Of a stretch of DNA of 64,000 nucleotides, positions 12,663 to 24,470 are shown one piece after another (the first letter of the stretch is position 1; each line of letters starts with the position of its first letter). Location: NCBI GenBank assembly GCA_013265495.1, contig MU058009.1, forward strand, positions 2,668,001 to 2,732,000. Reading direction: 5' to 3'. The stretch is from Vicugna vicugna. Taxonomy: Eukaryota. A program made the translations under genes and the position numbers. The notes below the pieces were generated by a model that was not told where the DNA came from, did no database searches, and saw nothing but the letters and a program-made list of their open reading frames with translations.

Positions 12663-15524
12663 TTCTCACTGGAGGTGGTTTGTTTACCCCACACCTGCTT
12701 TCAGCACTTTGTGCCTGGGGTGGTTTTCACTGGTGACCCAAGTCTTTTTAACGTCCAGCTACTGTATGAGTCAGTTCAGGGGCTCAGGTCAGAGTCCTCA
12801 CCGTAGTTGAGTGAAACGCCAGTCTACATATTTGGTGCAGTTAAGATTCCATGGTGTACACACGCGTATCTGGGTATAAAAGTACACCTGTGTGCGTGTG
12901 CGGTGTATACGATACTGGATTAGGGAGTGCATTTTACGAGCCTCTGGCCAGAAAGCACCTTGGGACAAACCAGTTGGACGAGCTGGTTCTCAGCGATCAC
13001 ATTCCCCCACCTGCCCCTCCCTCCCGCGCTGACCTCACAACCTGCTGCCAGGAAGGTCGTGAAGAAGACGAGACTTTATTTTTTGAACTCAGTTTCTGCC
13101 AGAGTGCCCTGAAGAGTGTTTTCACCTGACCCTCTGTAATACCAGGTCAAAGTGGGGATCTACACTCATGATTCGGTTCCAATTCTAACAGACCAGCCTC
13201 ACTTGAGTGTCTGCCAGCTGCCAGCTGCTCTGTGTGCAGTGCCTCAATTAATTGTCTTCATTTTATAGCACAGCTTTTATTTTATAGCAAGCTGAGGTCC
13301 TCCGACTAGGGAGGGATGAAGCAGAGATCCAAGCCCGGCTGTCACTGTTGTCCCCTTGTCCAGTGTCCGTCAGTCCTGGAAGACAGTAGGCCCTGGGAGT
13401 CAACGCACAAGCTGGTGCTTGCCAATCAGGACCCATCCCACAGGCCAGCTCAGGGCTGGTGTCTGCTACCCACGCTGCTGTCGACGGTGGGCTGGTGACA
13501 TAGCAGTGGGTTCTTTTAAGTACAACTCATTCCCTGAATGGGGTCAGTGCGGAGGGTGCTGAGGTAGATTGGAGCGTCCTGGCAGCTGGGTTCACGTAGC
13601 ACCCTCCTCCTGGATTGACGGAGAGCTCTGTGTATCTAGATGGATAGAAACTCTGTGGCGATGCAAGGTTTTTAATTCCGAAAGGAAACGCCCATGGAGT
13701 TGCATGTGAGACCGGGACTGCCCGGCCGGCTCCCCCTGGACCAGCTCCGCTCTGCTCCCTGGTGGCACTGTCCCCTCACCAGGTCCTGAGAGAAACCTGC
13801 CCTCTCCTGGTTTCTGGTCGGTGACTCAGCCTTGCCCTCTGGGGAATGTGGCCCTGCCCATCTTGCTGGCACCTCAGGTGCCGACAGCTCCCAGTGGACT
13901 TTGGTGCGAGGCCCTCCTACTTCCCCGTCTGCTCTCAGTTACAAACCGGAACCTGTCAGCTGAGGTCTGAGCCAGGTGCCCTGGAAATCTCTGGTTTCTA
14001 TGGCTATGATTTAGGAGACAGATTGGGATGCAATGAGTCACTAAGATTTGAGGAGGTCCCGGGGTCCCCTCGAAAGGAGCACACTGTCTTACACTACTCG
14101 TTAGAAGTGGTGGGACAGGCAAAGTGGCAGGAAGGAGCCGGAAGGCCCTGTGGCGTCCCCCTCATTTCACAGGTGGCACAGCCACCAGCTCATATGCTAC
14201 TCAGCACGCAGCCAAAGCGTAGAGCGTGCAGTAAGCTCTTTTCTGGGACAAAGGGTGAAGTGGTCCTTGTAAGATGGAGAACCAGCACCTTGCCTTGTCA
14301 CCTAGCGTGAACAAGGGGACACGGTGTCTGCCCTGTCCTCTGTGTGCATGAGGTCTAGAGGCCTTGACAATTGCAGGTGCGGGTGGCCCAGGCATCCAGG
14401 GAAGGGGCACAAGAGACCTAACCAATGAAAAAATATTTTTCTAGAATCCTTGAAAAGCATGGGGCATGATTTCTTGAGGAATCTTGAAGAGCTCTCTGGC
14501 CAAGTTGACCCACGTCTGACGGAACTTAAAAGGCTGGATGGAGTCCGTGTCTCTTTGTCCTGAGAGCAGTAACATCCATCAATAAAAGCTTTCTCATATG
14601 TGTCCCCCACAGAGAGTTACTTTAAAATTATGTACATAGATTATCATAGATAGTAACTCTGAAAGCATCAAAAAGATGGAATTTTTTTCCCCAAATTTTA
14701 TTTCATAAGGGTACAAAGCCTTTTGGGCCCAGTAAAATTTATTCAGATTTCATTAGTTTTTGCAGATGACATTTTCCTGTCCCAGGATATCACATATTTA
14801 GTTGTCTCTTTAAGCTCCTCTCGACTGAGGCAGTTTCTCAGAATTTCCTTGCTTTTGATGATTTTGAAAGTTTTGAGGAGTGCTGGTCAGGCCTCCTGTA
14901 GGATGCCCCCTCTGCGGGGCTGGATGGATGTTTTTCTCGCAAAAGCCCCTGGGGTTGTGTGTTACTGGGGAGGAAGACTGCAGCCGGGTGCCACGCCCAT
15001 CAGCCCACGTCCGGGCGCGCACCGCCGCGCCGTATCCCTGCTCACCCTGGCCTTGACACGCTGGCTGAGGTGTCTCGGTTTCCCCCCTGTGAAGTCTCTC
15101 TCCTCTGTCCTCCCTCTCTGGAAGGATGCCCCTGTCACCCGCCTGAGCTTCAGGAGTGGAGTTACACTTCCCCATACCTTAATTGCTTTTGCGTGTTCTA
15201 GCCCGCAAAACAGAGCCACTAGGAAGTCTGGTTCTAAGGCCCATTTGTTTCTTTGTCGTATTCTGTATTTCATGGCTATCAAAGCTCGAAGAGTTCTTGA
15301 CTATGGGGTGGTTTCAGGGGTGTATAAGTCTGACATATGTCAAACTTATCAGAATGTCCACCTCTAATATGTGCAGTTTATTGTATGTCAATTACACCTC
15401 AATAAACCTGGGTTTTTTTTTTTTTTTCAAAGCCAGAAGAGACGCCTCGCAAAAGCAGGCTGGAAGTGGGAGAAGTCATTCTTGACTGTGCCTGTTAACA
15501 GCACAAAACTCAAATTCCAATCCT

Positions 15525-15614
15525 GGGGTGGTGATAACTCAGTGGTAGAGCACATGCTTAGCATGCATGAGGTCCTGGGTTCAACTCCCAGTACCTGAAA
15601 ATAAAATAAAATAA
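15525..15614 (+). mobile_element. tRNA-Ala-derived SINE (camelid Vic-1-like) with target-site duplication
   Basis: gggg...ctcagtggtagagcacatgcttagcatgcatgaggtcctgggttcaactccc (A/B boxes, AGC anticodon remnant), A-rich tail, TSD tccaatcct at 15516-15524 and 15615-15623. Confidence 0.85.
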
Positions 15615-15624
15615 TCCAATCCTA

Positions 15625-17000
15625 TCTACCAATTCTATTTCCAAGTTTAAGTATACAAATAGGTCTTTCAGGTCCCTGCTGACAGTAGAATTATCTACTA
15701 ATGGAAATCTTTCCAAATCTTGGTTTTCAAGGTTCTCCATAGCATGAGTTTCTTAGAAAAAGCAAATTGGAGATGTTTTTAGCTTAACAAACAAAACAAA
15801 AAACAGTATAACATCATTAAGTTCAACAACTCTAAACACTTTGTCACAAGACGAATCTCTCTGTGAGGTACAAAATGTTTCCTTGGTCACTCCCAATCTT
15901 ATTTTAAAATATTGCAAGCAATCTATCATATTTAAATGTTCCTGAGTCTTATCAAAATATCTACGTTGGTTGGAGACATTTTGTGGCAATCCATGCACTT
16001 ATGATTTCCAGCATCAAATGTTATCTGGAAGTATTTCATTACTCCAGTCAAAGCAGCCAATCCATCAGTATTACGTTTTCCCGGATTTTTCAAACTTGTC
16101 TTTCCCATAAAATACAAATAAAGTTTAAGAAGCAGCCAGAGTGTTCCAAGGGGGAACCCTGAAGCCAAACTGCCTGATTCTTCTCCTAATCCGGCCGCCT
16201 CCTGGCTGATGACCTTGAGGAAGTTGTCTAACTGCCCTGTGCCTTAGTTCCTCCACCTGAAAACGTGGGGGTGGTGATAGTACTCACCACGTTGGGTTAG
16301 GAGTGAGTGACAGGTACCGATTCTAAACCTACACCGGTGCCCAGTGCACAGCAAGTGCTTGATGAGCATGAAGTGGTCTTACTATTTGCTCAACAACAAA
16401 AAAATAGCATTTGTGTATGTCCTGATTAAAGCAAATGCAAGTATTATAGCATCAACTGGGCTCTGATAGAAACACCTGGACTTTCATCCAAGCCTCCCGT
16501 ACTCTGACAGTACTTTTTGCTCGTTTCTTCAAAGTGACCATTTTCCCACAGCCCTCACTGGTGGAAATACGGATTATACTGCTGCCACGTCGCAGAATTC
16601 TCTGTATCACTTCAGTCCTTTCCACTTCGGCAGGACATAGTGATTCTACACTGGTTTACGGCTTTCCGTCTTTGGCTTTTAATTAAGAACTTCAAGCCGA
16701 ATATTTATCACCCCTTAATGAAATTATGTAAATTACGAAAGTGAGTGTTGCATGACTTCCAGCACTGGAAAAATTACAGTGGCTTGTCTCCACACACTGG
16801 ACATGTAAGTTTTAAGTCTCATTAATCCTGTTGGCCTCATAATATTTGTTAATGCCTCCAGACCCAATGTACACGTAGAGTAAGGAACGTCATTATTAAC
16901 AGACGTTGTAAATATCCAATATTGATTTGCGATGTAAATCCATGGTACTGATAATTTATAACTTTTTTTTTTTACCAACTTCTTATCAGATGACAGTTGT
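15625..17000 (-). mobile_element. Fossil hAT/Charlie-type DNA transposon (decayed transposase), interrupted by a MIR at ~16150-16385
   Basis: Minus-strand motifs in colinear order: BED-finger-like region (16733-16978 ORF), LDES...AQLM (16448-16491), TDGLAALTG (~16040-16070), DKVFRVVELNDVILF (~15800-15850), ENQDLERFPL (~15700-15730); stops and frameshifts throughout. Confidence 0.75.
16150..16385 (+). mobile_element. MIR SINE
   Basis: tgaccttgaggaagttgtctaactgccctgtgccttagttcctccacctgaaaacgtggggg matches the MIR core. Confidence 0.7.
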
Positions 17001-17599
17001 TTTAACCTGATAACGTGGCAGTTGAAGCGTTTCTACTGGGAGTAGAAACGTCAATGTTGTCATTTTCTTGTTCTGTGCTTGTAGTCACAAGAATACATTG
17101 GAAGAATCTTTTAAAGCCACACAGACGTTTATTTACATTATTTGATTAGAACGTCAGTTCCTTTAATCTGATGCATGAGCAATGGACTCAGAATATAAGG
17201 AAATGCATCAGGTACTTTGCTTTCTTAAAAAGCCCACGTAGATCCCTTTGGGTCCGCAGGTCAGGGAGTAGCTACAAATATCAGATGGAAGAAGGGATGA
17301 GCTCAGACGAGCTGATGATATGGACAGGGCAGAAATTCTCAACGATGCTCCAAAGGGCAGCAGGTACGTAGGCCTGGCTAATCAAATGCACGTCCAGAAG
17401 GCTCCAAGGAGGCCCTCCAGACCGCCAGCTCAGATCATCTGCATCCGCCCTGCCCTCAGACGCCAGGCTGGCTTTGGAGCCGCCCTCCGACGCTGGGAGG
17501 GTTTCCGTATCATGCCTCCTATCTACCCACAGCAAGAACAGAACTTGCCTTCTCAGCCAGCGTGCGGGGTGTCTCCTAGGGTCCCCAGTGAGGTGCACT

Positions 17600-17935
17600 C
17601 TCAGGAGACCTACTCAAGAGAGGACAAAGAGCATGCAGCCCACTGTCTGGTTGTAGTGACAGCAGAGGCACGCAGCTTCCGGGCAGCACTCCTGGCCGCC
17701 AGGGTCAGTCTCGCCCAGGGCGGAGCTGCAGTGGTATCTCCCCGGGATGGGAGCCGGGGGCGTCCCAGGCAGCCGCTGGTGAGGCTGGCCTTGTTCCTGG
17801 CTGTGCCTTCTCACTTCTTGTCTCTCTGGCCCTCCCAGAGATTCTAGGAGCTTCCTAAGAATCTTTTAATAACTTCCTCTTTTTTGTTGTTGTTTTTTAA
17901 CCCAAATTAGCTGGAGCATTCTGTTGCTTGTGAGC
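17600..17935 (+). mobile_element. ERVL-type LTR fragment (LTR16/33-like)
   Basis: 3' end aataacttcctcttttt...aaattagctggagcattctgttgcttg resembles ERVL LTR termini; family from memory. Confidence 0.4.
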
Positions 17936-18509
17936 TGGCAGGTTAACAAAAACTCCACTAAGGGCAAGCTCACTGAACTCTAATGAAAAATTGTAGTGTT
18001 GCCTTCATTTAATAAAGGGGGTAGGGCTTTAAAAAAGAAAAAGTGACGTGAGAACAAGGACTCTCCGTGCGGGAAAAGAAAAATACAGAGACAAGACATC
18101 ACAGACGATGCTACCCTGTGGTCCCAAACTGGAATCAGAAGTAAATATGAGTGTGAATTTGTTGGATATTTTATCTCTTTAAAAAACTTCCTAGCTTTGT
18201 TCACCAAAAGCCCCAGACACAATGACCAACTCAGTGTAACGAACACTACTTGTGTCCAGTTGATTGTCTCGAAACGGCATTTCTCATCAGAAGACACTAG
18301 GATGTCTTAAAGAAATGGCTGATGGCACGTGTGGGCAGGTGGAGCACAAGGTGGATCTTACCAGAAAGCAAAGAATGATCAAACATGAGCAAGACTGAGT
18401 CAAAAAAGAGTCAGAACCAATGAAGACATTCCTGCTGGTCAAAGAGGGGACAGTTTGAACATCAATAGCATAAAAACGGCAACGAACCAAAACATAACAA
18501 CTACGTTTA

Positions 18510-19143
18510 TTTTTTTATTGTAGTATACTTGATTTACAATGTTGTGTTAGTTCCTAGTGCTCAGCAGAGCAATTCAGTTACACAGATGAATATTTTCTTT
18601 TTCATATTCTTCTTCACTATAGGTTATTACAAGATATTGAATGCAGTTCCCTGTGCTATACAGTAGAAACTTAATGTATATCTATTTTAAAAATCGTGGT
18701 TTGTATCTGCAAATCCCAAGCTCCTAATTTATCCCTCCCCACCCTTCCCCCTTTGGTAACCATAAATTTGTTTTCTAGATCTGTGAGTCTGTTTCTGTTT
18801 TGTAAATAAGTTCATTTGTGTCATTTTTTTTAAGATTCCACATATGAGTGATATCATATAATATTTGTCTTTGATTTGCTTCACTTACTATGATAAACTC
18901 TATGTCCATCCATGTTGCTGCAAATGGGATTATTTCATTCTTTTTTATGGCTGAGGATATTTATAAATACATAACATCTTCTTTATCCAATCATTTGTCA
19001 ATGGACAAATTTTAGTTTGCTTCCATGTCTTGGCTACTGTAAATAGTGCTGCTATGAACATTGGCGTGCATTATCTTTTCAAATTAGAGTTTTCTCTGGA
19101 TATATGTCCAGGAGTGGGATCACTGGGTCACATGGTAACTCTT
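18510..19143 (-). mobile_element. 5'-truncated L1 3' end
   Basis: T-rich tail then typical L1 3'UTR/ORF2 end (tatgtccatccatgttgctgcaaatgg..., gtaaatagtgctgctatgaacatt); imperfect TSD caactacgttta/caagtatgttta. Confidence 0.85.
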
Positions 19144-19910
19144 CAAGTATGTTTAAATAGAAGAATTCTTAATAACACAAAAACAAGTAAATGCACACCA
19201 ATTGGTCCCTTTGGCAAATGCTAGAGAACTGACTACTCTGAAAACTGCAAAACGGAGGGAGAGACTCAGGCTTTTACCCCTCCTTCCCTGCAGAAGCCAA
19301 GAGCGTGGCTAGTCACAGGGGAAGTAGGGTTGTTTTGGGAACAAGCACAGGGAGGGCTCCGTGGTGGGCTGCGCTGGCAGGTTTGAGTGGTGATGACAAG
19401 GTGATGTGTCAGAATAATTCAGTAAGCTGTATGTTCCATGCTGTTTTCTGTATTTGTGTTGCATTTAACAATAAAAAGTTTTAAGTGCTAATGGAAAACC
19501 AGAAAACATTTCCACTTATTCATTTAGTTTTTTTTAAATAATTTAACAAATACGTGTTGTATGTGAGCTGGGAAACTAGCGGATACTGATCCTTGCCGTA
19601 GGAGCTCTGTGTTTTGTGAGGCGGGCGATGCGGCACCAGGGATCCCGCGTGGTAATCACAACAGATGGCCGGAGTGGACCAAGGCGGCCAGCAAGAGGTG
19701 ATGTGTAGTCCAGGCAGGAGATGTGGTAGCTTAGAACAGGGAGACATGGTACGAAAGAGAGGCGTAGGCGGAGTCTAAATGTATTTCAGAGGCAGAACTG
19801 ACAGACGTGATTTGTTTGTTGTTTGTGGGTAGGTGGGACGAGGAAAAAGAAGCCAGTGATGTCTTTAGAACTGTTTCACTAAATGGATTTAGGAGCCATT
19901 TACTGAGATG

Positions 19911-20288
19911 GTCGGATCCGAAGTAACGTAAAGGGGATGGCATGCATAGCACTTAAACCCGCTGCTCTGCCACAAAGGAGGGTCTCCTATCGCCTCCCAG
20001 GTTCCCAGAGCATCGTCCTTTGTCTCACGGAGCTGTGGGTGCCCTGCACGGAGAAGGCACTTGGTGCCGTCATCTGAACCCAATGCAGATGCCGTGCGTT
20101 TACTGCGACTCCAGACCAAGAGGAAGCGATGCAGGCGGAGACCCTTCCCGACAGTGTCCTGTCAGCTTACTGAGTGCATGTCACGCGGGATGGAGGAAGA
20201 CGTGTAACCACCCATCCTTACATTAAAGCCCTGATATGAGGCTGGTGCTTTTATTCCTAAACTGTTAGCAGACAAACCCAAAAGCAGA
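19911..20288 (+). repeat. Long inverted repeat, left arm
   Basis: Reverse complement of 21277-21658; ~95% identical by manual alignment. Confidence 0.97.
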
Positions 20289-21276
20289 AGCTGGAGCTCC
20301 TTAATACGCCGACACACTCATCAGCTTTGTGGCCTCCCTCTTCCCTGCAACCCCGTTCAGAGAGCTCTTACGTGGACCAGGAAAATCAAAACGCCCTGCG
20401 GAGCAAGCTCCAGCTGAGGGTGAGTCAGTCTGGGAGGAAGGAGACGTTAACTGTGCCTGTGAAAGTCCCACAGAAGTGACATTCGGGCTGAACTTGGATT
20501 TTGCCTGGAGAAGGAGCACAAGTGGGCGGGGTGATGTGGGAAAGACGCCAGGCTGATGGAGTATCGCTGTCAAGGCCGGGGCGGCGTGTGGAGGGAGGGC
20601 AGAGTTTCCTCGTGGCTCCTAAACTGGTATTTAGAAAGCACGTGTTTACCTTCCACAGGAAAGTGCCAGTAGGTGTCAGATACACATAGCTTGCTCTAGA
20701 AGATTAAGATACATTCACGGATGACGGCCCTCTAACTGGTTCATTCTGCTCTCCCTAAACCTCTCCCACACCAGCTGTCTGCAGACTGGTCCTTGCCGGA
20801 GTGGGGTTTGCCCGCCAGCCTGGCATGATCTGTGTCACCTGGGTTTGTCCCTGGTTCTCACCATCTCTAACAGGAACAGAGCTCGGGGATTTTAACCTTG
20901 GGCTGAGTCGACCTGACGTGGCCCTACTCCCTCTCATGTCATCACCAGGTGAAGCCAGTATCTTTTGGCTTGTGCTGTAGTCCACACGTGTACACCCTCT
21001 AAGTGGCTCCGGCCCCAAGTGCTCTGGGGGTAGCTGGAGGGAGTGGCCTTCAGAGGGGGCCCCAGGGCCCCAAACCTGACTTCCCCAGCAGACAGAGTCC
21101 GGGTCAGGAAGAGGACTTACGCAAGAGATGGCAGCTTTGGGGCAAGGAGAGAGATGAGGGTGGAGGCATGCGAGCTGGTCATCATGGCAAATGACACAGG
21201 CCTCGGGCTGACATCTGGGTTTGAACCTGGATTTACCCCTTAGGAGTGTGAGAACCTGGCTTTATCCTTCTGGCTG

Positions 21277-21658
21277 TCTGCTCTTGGGTTTGTCTGCTTA
21301 CAGTTTAGGAATAAAAGCACTGACCTCACATATCTGGGCTTTAATGTAAGAACGGGCAGTTACACGTCTTCCTCCATCCCGCGTGACGTGCACTCAGTAA
21401 GCTGACAGGACACGGTGTCGGGAACGGTCTCCGCCTGCATCGCTTCCTCTTGGTCTGGAGTCGCAGTAAACGCACGGCATCTGCATTGGGTTCAGATGAC
21501 GGCACCAAGTGCCTTCTCCGTGCAGGGCACCCACAGCTCCGTGAGACAAAGGACGATGCTCTGGGAACCTGGGAGGCGATAGGAGACCCTCCTTTGTGGC
21601 AGAGCAGCGGGTTTAAGTGCTATACATGCCGTCCCCTTTACATTACTTTGGATCCGGC
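21277..21658 (-). repeat. Long inverted repeat, right arm
   Basis: Reverse complement of 19911-20288; ORFs 19889..20119(-) and 21450..21746(+) share the same N-terminal translation. Confidence 0.97.
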
Positions 21659-22004
21659 TTACTTTCAATCACTCATGCTAACTGAAGGGTATTGCGTCAT
21701 TGGTAACTGTGGTACCAAGGTAGCACCTTTGAAGTTCTGTAGATGACTTTGTCCCAATATGCAGAAAATTATTTTCTGATATCTTCTACTCAGCTTTGGA
21801 ATGCTTCATATGCTGGAAGGTGGCAGACTTACTTTCTATGTACTCAATGGATATGATTTACTGTGCCAGTCAGTGTGCTAGGCTCTGAAGACTCAAAGGT
21901 AAGACACTGACAGAAAGGCAAAGAAAAATTGATAAGTTCCAAGACAGAGGTACAAACAGACCGAGTTCCGGTTTAGAGGGAAGGAAAATCTTGTGGAGGA
22001 GACA

Positions 22005-22380
22005 GTATATCAGGCAGGATGGGCTAGATCTGCTGTGATAACAAACAAATCTCCACTCTCAGTGGCTTCACTTCCCAAAAGCTTACTTCTCATTGATGCT
22101 ATGCATCAAGTGCCCGTCAGCAGGAGTCTCTGCTCATTGCAGCACCTAGGGCCGCAGGGGGATGGAGACCCTATCTCAACATGTTCTTCCAGGATCCCCT
22201 TGCCAGGGGAAGAGGGCACGGGGATTCTGCATTGTCTCCTTGTGCTCCTACTTGGAAGAGGTGTGTATCATTTGATGTTTTACATTTCCTTGCCCACAGC
22301 GACCCATATGGCTACGCCTAACTTCAAATCCGAGCCTGTGTCCAAAAGGCAGAGAGCTAGAAACACTTGGTGAAGAACTC
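22005..22380. mobile_element. MaLR LTR (MLT1-like)
   Basis: tatcaggcaggatgggctag...tgctgtgataacaaacaa...ctcagtggctt...atggctacgcctaacttcaa pattern typical of MLT1J/K. Confidence 0.6.
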
Positions 22381-23449
22381 TAATGACTAGTGTTGCACAG
22401 GTGACTTTGCCCCAGTACACAGAAATGAGTGTGAAGGAGAAGGTCTTCCCAGGAGATGGGAAGCATTAGGAAAGGTGCAAATGTGGGACAGTCTGGCTAC
22501 AGAGAAGGAGACTTAATAAGAAGGCTGGGAGGCAAGTTTGTAGAGGAAGACAGGTCACGCTATGAAAGCCAGGCAAGGAGGTTGAAGTCCATCCAGGAAA
22601 CACTGAGGGTTTTAAAGAAGCCGTGGTTTAGGAAGGGTAGACTGATTGCTGTGTGTAGGAGAGATCTAGGTCCATAAACTAGAGACAGGAGGTACTTTTG
22701 CTTTTTACGCTAATCCAGGCAAAGGGTGACAAGGGCTTGAAGTGGGGTCTTCTGAATGGGGAGGAAAGAGAGGGCTCTACACATTAGCTACTTAAGAGAG
22801 AGACTTGCAGGTTTGGAACTAATTAGCTATGAGATGTAAGGGGGTAGGGAATCAAAGATGATTCCAAGGTTTTGAGCCCAGGAGAATGGATGACAATATT
22901 ACAACCAGAGAAAACGGTACAAGACGGCTGAGTCTGGGAAGGAAGCTCTAGGCTTGCTGATTGTAAAGCAGGGGGTTTTATTTTGTTGACTCTTGTGTCC
23001 CAGCACCTAGAACAGTGCTTAGCATATAAATGTGCTCAATAATATTTGTTTTTTTTCAATAATATTTGTTGACTAGGTAACACCAGTAGAACGCAAGTGG
23101 AGAAGTTCCCAAGCAGTTGTTAATGCAGTCGGCCTCCTTCACGATGTCTGCTAGGAAGGCAGATACACCTACTTGAAGCCATGTGATGAGTTGCCAAGAA
23201 AGTGGAGAGGAAAAGGGGGGAAGGTTGAAGAGAGAGCTTTGGGGACCCTGACATTTAGGGGTCAGAAAGTAGGACCAGAATCCAGAGAAGGTGGGCAGGT
23301 GAGCACTAGGATCAGTCAGTTGCTGCCAATGGGTGAAGGAGGCTGGGGCAGGAGAAGGGGGCACGGGACTGAGCGGCTCTGGGAAAGCTGGACACCGACC
23401 GCAGCAAGGCCCTCCTAGCAGTGAAGAGCAGCTACTGGCCAGAAAGGAG

Positions 23450-24470
23450 AGTCGGGGCAGTGGCTGGAGGGGGAGGCCGGGCCAAGCGGCCGCCCTGGTT
23501 TTTGCTTGGGTTCGGAGGGGTCCTAACAGCCTAGACGTGGAGCAAGGCAGGGAGGCGGAGGTGGAAGATGGAGAGAGGAAGGAAACCATGGCCGGCGTGG
23601 GGGGAAGCTGTCCTCCAGGGGAAGGACCACTTCCAGGCTAGGAGCAGGGCGGGGGAATTAAGTTTCGCTGTTGTTCCAAACTTCCTGCGGGCCCGTTTTG
23701 TGCGGCGCACAGTGCGGGCTGAGGGCCACCACCAGGCAGGTCGCCATCCGGCTGCCACACCACCTGAGGCGGTGGCCTGGCTCCCCGGCTCCCNNNNNNN
23801 NNNNNNNNNNNNNNNNNNNNNNNNNNNNNNNNNNNNNNNNNNNNNNNNNNNNNNNNNNNNNNNNNNNNNNNNNNNNNNNNNNNNNNNNNNNNNNNNNNNN
23901 NNNNNNNNNNNNNNNNNNNNNNNNNNNNNNNNNNNNNNNNNNNNNNNNNNNNNNNNNNNNNNNNNNNNNNNNNNNNNNNNNNNNNNNNNNNNNNNNNNNN
24001 NNNNNNNNNNNNNNNNNNNNNNNNNNNNNNNNNNNNNNNNNNNNNNNNNNNNNNNNNNNNNNNNNNNNNNNNNNNNNNNNNNNNNNNNNNNNNNNNNCGG
24101 GGCGCCGGGGGCCGGGCAGCGCCGCGCGTCCCTCGGCCGCGGGAGCCGCTCCGCCGGCGTTTGCGGCCGCGGCGCCGGCCCGACAGGTGGAATTTCCTGC
24201 TCGGCGGGCGCCGGCCGGACCTTGGGTTCCAGCCCTGCCGCGCCCGCCCGGGGCCGGCGGCCCCGCGGCCCTCTCCTCCGGCCCTCCGGCCCCTCGGGCC
24301 TCTCGCCGCCTGGAAGGGGCTCGTCTGGGGCCGCTCACGAACGCCGCGCTGTGCGTGCACGTCTGGAAGGAAGCAGCGGCGCCGGCTCGGAGAGGGCGAC
24401 TTGGGCCGGGGAAGGAAAGTTTCCAGGGCGCTTTGGAGCCCGAGCGTCCTTGGCCTCCGCGCGAATTTGC
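23450..24470 (+). promoter_or_regulatory. ST14: ST14 promoter CpG island; exon 1 inferred in gap
   Basis: Very GC/CpG-dense sequence either side of the gap, upstream of ST14 exon 2; E-boxes CACCTG 23761-23766 and CAGGTG 24184-24189. Confidence 0.8.
23794..24097. other. Assembly gap (304 N)
   Basis: N run inside the CpG island. Confidence 0.99.

Noticed and set aside
17120..17380. Possible processed pseudogene 3' end on the minus strand (AATAAA near 17130)
   Set aside because: No clear poly(A) tail, TSD or recognisable parent protein.
19889..21746. Two near-identical short ORFs (MVWSRSKRTASALG...) as duplicated genes
   Set aside because: Both begin at TTG and diverge at the repeat edge; a by-product of the inverted repeat.
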